Assembly: GCA_947628225.1 (NCBI GenBank)
Contig: CANQYY010000006.1
Span: 22,378-86,377, forward strand
Origin: an uncultured Lachnospiraceae bacterium
Lineage (GTDB): Bacteria; Bacillota; Clostridia; Lachnospirales; Lachnospiraceae
Direction: 5' to 3'
Length of the DNA stretch: 64,000 nt
The notes below the pieces were generated by a model. That model was not told the origin of the DNA. It ran no database searches and saw nothing but the letters and a program-made list of their open reading frames with translations. A program made the position numbers and the translations under genes. Positions 57,278 through 64,000 of this stretch are shown piece after piece (the first letter of the stretch is position 1; each line of letters starts with the position of its first letter).

Positions 57278-57571
57278 CTAATCAAATGTCTTTGGCACCA
57301 TATAGGTACCCTCTTTTTTCTCCGGCGCATTGGCAAGCATATTCTCTCTGTCATCCCCGTTCGTTACTACATCCTCACGGAACACGTTTTTTACCGGAAA
57401 TACATGGGACATCGGCTCTATCCCATCGGTATCCAGTTCATTTAATTTATCAATATAGTCCAACATGCTTCCCATATCTTTTTTTGCCTGCTCTTTTTCC
57501 TCATCCGAAAGCTCCAGCTTTGCCAGAATGCCCACATATTCTATGGTTTCATCGGAAATAATATTTGCCAT
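57278..57571 (-). CDS. gatC: Asp/Glu-tRNA amidotransferase subunit C
   Basis: LAKLELS...[11 protein letters not shown]...FREDV...VPK. Confidence 0.95.
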   Translation of the reverse strand: MANIISDETIEYVGILAKLELSDEEKEQAKKDMGSMLDYIDKLNELDTDGIEPMSHVFPVKNVFREDVVTNGDDRENMLANAPEKKEGTYMVPKTFD

Positions 57572-57619
57572 ATGCTGATTCCTCCTATTTTCTCTTATAT
57601 TTAACCTTCCCGGAGCAGA

Positions 57620-58951
57620 TTACGGCTCCAGGCGGCTTAAATCTCTTGGGAACAGGGTCGTTTCCCGGACATTTTCTTCTTGTAACAGCTTCATGGTCAG
57701 CCGCTCCAGACCAATGCCCAGCCCGCCATGCGGCGGCATGCCATGTTTGAAAATCATCAAATATTGTTCCATTCCCTCGTCGGTCATGCCGCGCTCTTCC
57801 ATTTTTTTCAACAGGGCCGGATAATCGTGGATACGCTGCCCCCCTGTCGTAATTTCCAAACCATGGAACAACAGATCAAAACTTAAAGTAAAGGTAGTGT
57901 CTTTTGGATCGTCCATGGCGTAAAATGGTCTTTTTCTTGAGGGATAATGGGTAACAAATACAAAATCCGCTCCCATTTCCTCTTTAAAATACTGCCCAAT
58001 CAGGCTTTCCTCTTCCGGCTCCAGATCATAGGGATTCCGAATTTTACGATTGTATTTTTCCGCCACAAGCTCCTTTGCTTTATCAAAACGAACCTGTGGA
58101 ATTTTTTCCGTTTTTGGCAGTGTAATGCCGAGGATATTCAATTCCTTAGCATATTCTTTCTCAAGCAGCGCCATCGTATACTGCAAAAATCCCGTTTCCA
58201 TTTCCATAATATCCTGAAAACTGTCTATATAGCCCATTTCAAAATCCAAGGAGGTGTATTCATTCAAATGGCGCTTTGTATTGTGCTTTTCAGCGCGAAA
58301 TACCGGCGCCGCCTCAAATACACGGTCAAATACCCCTACCATCATCTGCTTATAAAACTGGGGGCTCTGAGCCAGTACCGCATGCTTGTGAAAGTATTCC
58401 AGCCGGAAAAGATTGGCGCCGCCCTCCGCTCCTCTGGCTCCGATTTTGGGCGAATGAATTTCCGTAAAGCCATTTGCCTGTAAAAAATCACGGAAGCCCC
58501 TGACAATCCCTTCCTGAATCCGGAACTTGGCGCGCTCCTTTATGTTCCGCAAGGAAAGCGGGCGTAAATCCAGTTTCGTTTCCAGCGATGTGTTCATCTT
58601 CCATTTGTTTATTGCGATCGGCATTGGCTCTATCGGTCTGGATAAAATTTTTACTTCCTTCAGCCGCAGTTCAAAACCGTGGGGGGCGCGTTCTTCTTTC
58701 GTAACCGTCCCCCTTACCTCCACCGCAGCTTCCTCGCTGAGCTCCTTCAGGCTGATATTGGTCGCGCCGGATTCGTATACCGTCTGCACCAGCCCCTCGC
58801 GCTTTCTCAATACGATAAATGCGACATCGCCCATGTCCCTGATTTTGTGGATGGCTCCGTTTATCCTTATTTCTTTCCCCTCATAATCTCCTGCCAGAAT
58901 TTGAGAGATTTCAAGGGTTTCCTTTTCTGTTTTTCCTGTTAAAAAATCCAT
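57620..58951 (-). CDS. aspS: Non-discriminating (archaeal-type) aspartyl-tRNA synthetase
   Basis: 443 aa; LAQSPQFYKQ, FRAEKHNTKRHLNE, HGGLGIGLER; operon with gatCAB. Confidence 0.95.
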   Translation of the reverse strand: MDFLTGKTEKETLEISQILAGDYEGKEIRINGAIHKIRDMGDVAFIVLRKREGLVQTVYESGATNISLKELSEEAAVEVRGTVTKEERAPHGFELRLKEVKILSRPIEPMPIAINKWKMNTSLETKLDLRPLSLRNIKERAKFRIQEGIVRGFRDFLQANGFTEIHSPKIGARGAEGGANLFRLEYFHKHAVLAQSPQFYKQMMVGVFDRVFEAAPVFRAEKHNTKRHLNEYTSLDFEMGYIDSFQDIMEMETGFLQYTMALLEKEYAKELNILGITLPKTEKIPQVRFDKAKELVAEKYNRKIRNPYDLEPEEESLIGQYFKEEMGADFVFVTHYPSRKRPFYAMDDPKDTTFTLSFDLLFHGLEITTGGQRIHDYPALLKKMEERGMTDEGMEQYLMIFKHGMPPHGGLGIGLERLTMKLLQEENVRETTLFPRDLSRLEP

Positions 58952-59000
58952 AATTACCTCCGTTTCTGTCCCCCCTAGGGGCCGCTCCCCCCACGCTATT

Positions 59001-59180
59001 TCGACAAGCCAATTCTTTGCGCCTTTGGCGCAAGGCTTTCTCGCCCGTCATCTCGACAAGCCATTCTTTGCGCCTTTGGCGCAAATCATCACGGCGGGCG
59101 CCGTGCTCCTGAGTGGAAGCGCCCCCTTTTGCGTGCAAGCACGCAATGGGGCGCTTCCACTCAGGAGTATGGCTTGTCGC
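59001..59180. repeat. REP/BIME-like palindromic repeat cluster
   Basis: Direct repeats 59001-59033 and 59053-59084; 20-bp perfect stem 59106-59125/59148-59167; inverted tggcttgtcg at 59170-59179. Confidence 0.8.
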
Positions 59181-59187
59181 TAACGTG

Positions 59188-59450
59188 AAAAAAACGTCCC
59201 AGAAAAGCATTCCTGCTTTTTCTGGGACGGGAAAATTTGTATGATTAATAAACCCGCGGTACCACCCGCGTTGAGATACCCCTTTGTATCTCCTCTCATT
59301 CTCGCATATAACGGTGTCAACCGGATAAGTTTACTGGATTTTCAACTTACCAGCTCCGGAATGTTCTCCTGCTTACCGCTTCCATAAGACGCTTTCAGTC
59401 GGCGACGTCTTTCCCTGTCGTTCAGTCGCTGCATAAACATTCGTTTCCTT
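59188..59450 (-). promoter_or_regulatory. T-box riboswitch (Asn specifier) controlling aspS-gatCAB
   Basis: T-box AACGCGGGTGGTACCGCG (59255-59272); specifier GAGAACA with AAC at 59363-59365; terminator cgtcccagaaaaagca...tgcttttctgggacg followed by U7. Confidence 0.92.
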
Positions 59451-59466
59451 CTTCGCTTTGCCTAAC

Positions 59467-59496
59467 ATTGTAGCACAGAGTGTTTCCGTCTGTCAA
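59467..59496 (-). promoter_or_regulatory. sigma-A promoter of the T-box leader
   Basis: TTGACA-18 nt-TACAAT. Confidence 0.7.
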
Positions 59497-60737
59497 TTCT
59501 TTTTTTGCCCAATTACCTTCACGCCCTTGTCCACATCTAAACTCTCCAGTTTTTTGTATTTCCGCACGTTTATCTTTTTTAACTTGTTTCCAAACAACTG
59601 TAATTGCTTCAGCGTCTTTGTGTTGATGTTTTTTACATTGAAACTTTTCAGCTTAGCCTCAGCATAACGGAAATAGGACAGTTTATTCTTTTTGTTCAGC
59701 CGGATCGTCTTTACCTTCATTCCCTGAATGGACAAACTTTTCAGCTTGGCGTTTGCGCTCAAATCCAGAGTTTTCAGCTTCTTGTCATTCCATACGCTTA
59801 CTTCCTCCAGCTTTTTATTTTTGACCGGCGCTACCTTCGTGAGTTTGTTGCATTCATCCACGGTCAAAAGCCGCAGATTTTTGTTGTGGGACAAATCCAA
59901 CTTCTTCAATTTTTTCATTTTTTGGATATATAGTTTTTTCAATCCCGCCAGCTTACTCAAGTTCAGGGAAGTCGGATTTTTCCCATTCAGTTTCAGGGCG
60001 CCTGAAACGCCGCCTATATCCAGAGTCTTTATGCTCTTGTTCTTTTTCCCATATTTAATCTTCCCGACATTTACATCAGCAAGGCACAGGGTGGTAAGGC
60101 TTTTCAACGGCGATACATCCAGAGTTTTCAAAGTCTGGCACCCCTCCAGTTGGATTTTCTTCAAATTCCCACAGCCCTTAAAGTTAATCTTTTTCAGGTT
60201 TTTAAAGCTGCTGACATATAAATTTTCCAGCTTCGGAAGCAGGGAGCAGTCAAGGGATGTCATATCCGTATTGGTAATTTTTAATATTTTCAAATTTTTG
60301 AGTTTATAAAGAGAATCCACATTGCTGAGCCGGACTACATATTTTGCATTATTCTTCGTCAGGCCGCCTGACATCCAGAGTTCAAGCTTGGATAAATTGG
60401 TAAATTTTTCTATACCCTTAAAATTAAAGGCATATTCATCCTCTGTGTAGTAATGAGGCTTTGTCTGCCCGGTTTCATCATTCTGGTCATCCATCTCCTG
60501 AAATCTCAAAATCTTGATTCCTGTTACCGCTTCTGCCTCTGCCCGCTGCAAAATCCCATCCTTATTCGTGTCAAATTTCTCTGCCACATATTCCCTAAAA
60601 AAATTATCCGGAAATCCGGCGGCGTCAATCTTCACGTCGCCCGTTTCTGCGGCGGATGCTGCGCCGGCCGTCAATGGAGCGCCAAAAAGCAAAACGCCAA
60701 ATCCTAATACTAATAATACTTTAACTATTTTCTTCAT
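59493..60737 (-). CDS. Secreted Lys-rich leucine-rich-repeat protein (internalin-like)
   Basis: Signal peptide; FPD..FR.YV...FDTNKDG cap; LxxLxL/LDLSxNxxL repeats. Confidence 0.85.
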   Translation of the reverse strand: MKKIVKVLLVLGFGVLLFGAPLTAGAASAAETGDVKIDAAGFPDNFFREYVAEKFDTNKDGILQRAEAEAVTGIKILRFQEMDDQNDETGQTKPHYYTEDEYAFNFKGIEKFTNLSKLELWMSGGLTKNNAKYVVRLSNVDSLYKLKNLKILKITNTDMTSLDCSLLPKLENLYVSSFKNLKKINFKGCGNLKKIQLEGCQTLKTLDVSPLKSLTTLCLADVNVGKIKYGKKNKSIKTLDIGGVSGALKLNGKNPTSLNLSKLAGLKKLYIQKMKKLKKLDLSHNKNLRLLTVDECNKLTKVAPVKNKKLEEVSVWNDKKLKTLDLSANAKLKSLSIQGMKVKTIRLNKKNKLSYFRYAEAKLKSFNVKNINTKTLKQLQLFGNKLKKINVRKYKKLESLDVDKGVKVIGQKKN

Positions 60738-60894
60738 AGGTAATCCCTCCCGTTAAAATTTATTTTCTAATAATAAAACGATTGAAAAGCAAAAAATGTT
60801 GCATATTTTGAATGGAAATATCTTGTCCGAATATTATCCCCTAATCGACAAAAAATAATATTGTAACAAAAAACTATACAAAGGAGATGATATA

Positions 60895-61365
60895 ATGAGC
60901 GATACAAAGGATACCGGCTGCACCTGCCCTGAAACTCTTGCCATGGCGTCGATTCCCATGCAGGAGTGGTGCGAGCCCTATGACTTTGAAACAGCATTAA
61001 AAGAAGGTACTATTTTTCCATGTCTGAATCTGAAATTTTTTAAGGCGGAGGATATTAAAAGTTCTTTGAAGTCTAAATTTTCAGCTCTGGATAAAAAAGA
61101 ATCCGACAGGGAGGCGCTGATGAGCAAAATTGCAACTGTCAGCTTTGCCATCAATGACCTGACCCTCTATCTGGATACGCATCCTGCCTGTCCGAACGGG
61201 CTGGAATTATTTAAGGAATTACTGACGCAAAGGCTGGATTTGCTGGCGGAGTATGCGAAAAATTATAACCCGCTTACCCAAATTTCCATGATTACCGGCA
61301 ATCCTGATACAGATCAATATGGCTGGGCGGAAGGTCCTATGCCATGGGAAGGAGGACTTATATAA
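60895..61365 (+). CDS. Spore coat CotJA-CotJB fusion protein
   Basis: LAMASIPMQEW...ALKEGTIFPCL (CotJA-like) in frame with FAINDLTLYLDTHP...WAEGPMPWE (CotJB-like). Confidence 0.88.
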   Translation: MSDTKDTGCTCPETLAMASIPMQEWCEPYDFETALKEGTIFPCLNLKFFKAEDIKSSLKSKFSALDKKESDREALMSKIATVSFAINDLTLYLDTHPACPNGLELFKELLTQRLDLLAEYAKNYNPLTQISMITGNPDTDQYGWAEGPMPWEGGLI

Positions 61366-61982
61366 TGTGGAGTTATGAAAAACGATTACAGTTCCCTGTA
61401 AAAATAGAAAAGACCTGTCCGAAAACGGCGCAGCTGATAATCAGCCAGTACGGCGGCCCGGATGGCGAGCTCTCTGCTTCCATGCGTTACCTTGCCCAGC
61501 GCTATTCCATGCCCGTAAAAAAAGTGGGCGGACTTTTGACGGATATTGGAACAGAAGAAATTAACCATATGGAAATTATCTGCGCCATGGTATACCAGTT
61601 GACCAGAGATTTGACGCCGGAGCAGGCGAAAACCGCCGGTTTTGACGCATACTATATTGACCACACTACCGCCTTATGGCCGCAGGCTGCCGCCGGCGTT
61701 CCCTTTACCTCTCTGGAATTTCAGTCAAAGGGAGATGCCTTTGCCGACCTGTATGAAGATCTGGCTGCCGAGCAGAAGGCAAGAACCGTGTATGAAAATC
61801 TTTTGCGGGTAATTGACGATCCGGATGTGCGCGCGCCGTTAAAATTTCTCCGCGCCAGGGAGATTGTCCACTTCCAGCGTTTTGGAGAGGCGCTGGAAAT
61901 GACAAAGTCCAAACTCAATTCTGAGAATTTTTACTATTTCAATGCAGAATTTGATAAAAAGATGTTTGATCAGAAATTATGA
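61365..61982 (+). CDS. cotJC: Spore coat manganese catalase
   Basis: MWSYEKRLQFPV, QYGGPDGEL, TDIGTEE..H.E, EQKAR, REIVHFQRF; start overlaps the upstream TAA. Confidence 0.95.
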   Translation: MWSYEKRLQFPVKIEKTCPKTAQLIISQYGGPDGELSASMRYLAQRYSMPVKKVGGLLTDIGTEEINHMEIICAMVYQLTRDLTPEQAKTAGFDAYYIDHTTALWPQAAAGVPFTSLEFQSKGDAFADLYEDLAAEQKARTVYENLLRVIDDPDVRAPLKFLRAREIVHFQRFGEALEMTKSKLNSENFYYFNAEFDKKMFDQKL

Positions 61983-62023
61983 TTATTTTCAAAAAAGAAG
62001 CGACAAACTTTCCTATATGATAA

Positions 62024-62081
62024 AAAGTCCCTTTTTCCCATCCAGATATTGTATCAATATCCTGACAGGAAAAGGGACTTT
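62024..62081. terminator. Hairpin between convergent cotJC and the ATPase gene
   Basis: aaagtccctttt...aaaagggacttt. Confidence 0.6.
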
Positions 62082-62099
62082 ACTGATTGCCGCATTGGT

Positions 62100-63395
62100 T
62101 TAAATGCAAAATGCGGCGTAGAGAGGAACGGTCTTTTTCCCGTCCTCAAAGCCAAAGTTTTTCGCAGAGAGCTTGATGGCGTAATCGGGCTTATAGGTGT
62201 CCATATAGACCTTTAAGCTCTTGGCTCTTGTGTTGTCGGCGGATTTGACCTCAATGGGAATGAGCCTGCCTTCCCTCTGAATGATAAAATCAATTTCCGC
62301 GCCACGCTCGGACTTCCAATAATAGGTCTGGTATCCGTTTATCGTGAGCTGCACATTCACATAGTTTTCCGCAAGTCCGCCCTTAAAGTCGTTCAGTTCC
62401 TCTACCATGTAGAGGACATCGTTTGCAGCTAAATCCTTTTTGGCGGCAAGCAGACCCAGATCGGAAACATAAATCTTGAAAGCGTCGATGTCACGGTAGT
62501 TTTCCAACGGTTTTCTTATCTGTTCCACCTTGAACACCTGCGACACGATGCCAGACAAACAGAGCCATTCGATGGCGTTCTTAAATTCGGAAGCCCGTCC
62601 TCCCTTCTTAATCAGCTTATATTGAAAACGGGTGTTTTTCTTTGAAAGCTGCACGGTAATGTTGTCATAGGCAAGCCGTGTCTTTTTAATCTCATTCAAG
62701 TTGTTGTACTTGCTCATGTCGTTGAGATAGCTTGCCAAAATGGTATCCTGCGTATGGCGCACAAGGATATAATCCTTTGTCTGGGCAAACTGCATGACGC
62801 ACTCCGGCATACCGCCCACCACAAGATACCGGCGATAAAGCAGCATCGCCGCATCGTGTAAAGCAGAAGGCATGGGCGTGTCGGCCTGGAAGGACTTTTT
62901 TATCTGCTCTACCAGAGCGTCCTCCCCCAGCGCAAGCATAAATTCCTCCATATCCATCGGGTAAAGGGTTTTCATATCCACCTTGCCCACGGGAAAAGAG
63001 AACTTTGCACGGTTTACTGCAACGCCTAAAAGACTTCCTGCCACGATGATGTGATAATCGGGAGCGTCCTCGTAAAAATATTTCAAAGAAGTCAGCGCCC
63101 TTTCACAAAGCTGCACTTCGTCAAAGACAATCAGCGTTTTTTCCCTGACGATGGTTTGCCCTGCGATATGCGATAGAATAGGGATCAGATAATCAGGGCT
63201 GATATTTTCATCAAAGGTTTCCGAGAGCTTCGGATTTGTTTCAAAGTTGAAATACGCCACATTCTCATAGTGTGTACGCCCAAACTCCAAAATAGAATAC
63301 GTCTTGCCGACCTGCCTTGCCCCCTGCAAGATTAGCGGCTTGCGGTATTTGTTTTCTTTCCATGCCTCTAAAAAAGTCATAATTTTTCGGTACAT
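62100..63395 (-). CDS. AAA_14 ATPase with C-terminal DUF4143 (nuclease-like) domain
   Basis: GARQVGKT, FDEVQ, GGMPE, AENYV, EIDFII...IPIEVKS. Confidence 0.9.
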   Translation of the reverse strand: MYRKIMTFLEAWKENKYRKPLILQGARQVGKTYSILEFGRTHYENVAYFNFETNPKLSETFDENISPDYLIPILSHIAGQTIVREKTLIVFDEVQLCERALTSLKYFYEDAPDYHIIVAGSLLGVAVNRAKFSFPVGKVDMKTLYPMDMEEFMLALGEDALVEQIKKSFQADTPMPSALHDAAMLLYRRYLVVGGMPECVMQFAQTKDYILVRHTQDTILASYLNDMSKYNNLNEIKKTRLAYDNITVQLSKKNTRFQYKLIKKGGRASEFKNAIEWLCLSGIVSQVFKVEQIRKPLENYRDIDAFKIYVSDLGLLAAKKDLAANDVLYMVEELNDFKGGLAENYVNVQLTINGYQTYYWKSERGAEIDFIIQREGRLIPIEVKSADNTRAKSLKVYMDTYKPDYAIKLSAKNFGFEDGKKTVPLYAAFCI

Positions 63396-63613
63396 AAATA
63401 ACCCTCCTTTTCAGAAGTTACCTATAGTATAACAGATATTCGTGTTAAAATCAATGGATTTTATATGAATATTTACATTAAACTACGTTAATATTTTTGC
63501 AAAACTAACATTATTCGACGCAAAACACCGCAGGCTGCCAGTTTTACACCTTGAAAGCACCGTTTGTTTTTCGTATAATAATTAAAACAAATCGATGTCC
63601 GGAGGGAAAATGA

Positions 63614-64000
63614 GTGGAAATAAAGACGTTTGAACTTTCATATTTGCACGGGGCAAAAGACGCATTAAAAAGTGCATTTTACCATGAAAACAGCAATGAC
63701 ATTTTCAATGAATGGGAATTTGCGGAAACCTTGCTAAAATCGGACGGCTATTTGCCGGAGTTATGCGTAATTGCGTTAGATGAAGAAAATGTAGTTGGTT
63801 ACAATGTATTGACGAAAGCAAAAATAGGAAGTTCTCCGGGGCTGGCTTTAGGCCCGTTGGGGGTACGAAAAGAATATCAGAATACGGGAATCGGTTCTGC
63901 GCTTGTGAAAGAGTGCATTAAAAGGGCGGAAAAATCAGGATTTTCCTATATTGCCTTACTGGGCGGAAACTATTATTCGCGGTTTGGATTTGAAAGCGGA
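63614..64000 (+). CDS. GNAT N-acetyltransferase (YhbS-like), 3' end runs off the window
   Basis: Manual translation from GTG at 63614 after ggaggg: ...LALGPLGVRKEYQNTGIGSALVKECI...LGGNYYSRFGF. Confidence 0.88.
   Translation, partial: MEIKTFELSYLHGAKDALKSAFYHENSNDIFNEWEFAETLLKSDGYLPELCVIALDEENVVGYNVLTKAKIGSSPGLALGPLGVRKEYQNTGIGSALVKECIKRAEKSGFSYIALLGGNYYSRFGFESG

Noticed and set aside
59001-59084. Direct repeats as a mini CRISPR array
   Set aside because: Only two units with a 19-nt gap, no leader, and no cas genes in the window.
58911-59210. 99-aa ORF with repeated LRQRRKE
   Set aside because: It simply translates the palindromic repeats and T-box terminator, and it overlaps aspS out of frame.
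63495-63550. GCAAAA...GACGCAAAAC...GCTGCCAG resembling a c-di-GMP-I riboswitch
   Set aside because: The P2 stem with GNRA loop and its receptor cannot be formed; an Infernal search with the Rfam model would settle it.

Overview
Chromosomal window from a flagellated, spore-forming gut Firmicute. Gene content (csrA-flagellin, cotJ, porCDAB, aspS-gatCAB under a T-box, GH43/GH51/CE1) points to Lachnospiraceae (inference). Most of it is housekeeping and carbohydrate metabolism on the minus strand, at roughly 45-50% GC by eye. The main accessory feature is a visibly AT-rich island (about 33.0-43.6 kb) capped by a dead IS4-family element. It encodes three adenylate-forming enzymes, two carrier-protein domains and two BtrH-like papain-fold proteins, but no condensation or ketosynthase domain. 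It also carries a permuted NlpC/P60 amidase, a lipoprotein and a small secreted protein whose gene sits between perfect 17-bp inverted repeats. This is the best candidate for an undescribed system, read here as a condensation-domain-free thiotemplated amide assembly line. Other notable signals are a monocistronic tRNA-Trp with an unpaired 27:43 position, a CsrA-site hairpin in the flagellin leader, LexA boxes on the TIGR03916/03915 radical-SAM operon, an adjacent GH42/GH30 pair with eroded active sites, a 12-repeat His/Cys surface protein and a REP-like palindromic insert in the aspS T-box leader. Family assignments come from motif recognition from memory; no searches were run.
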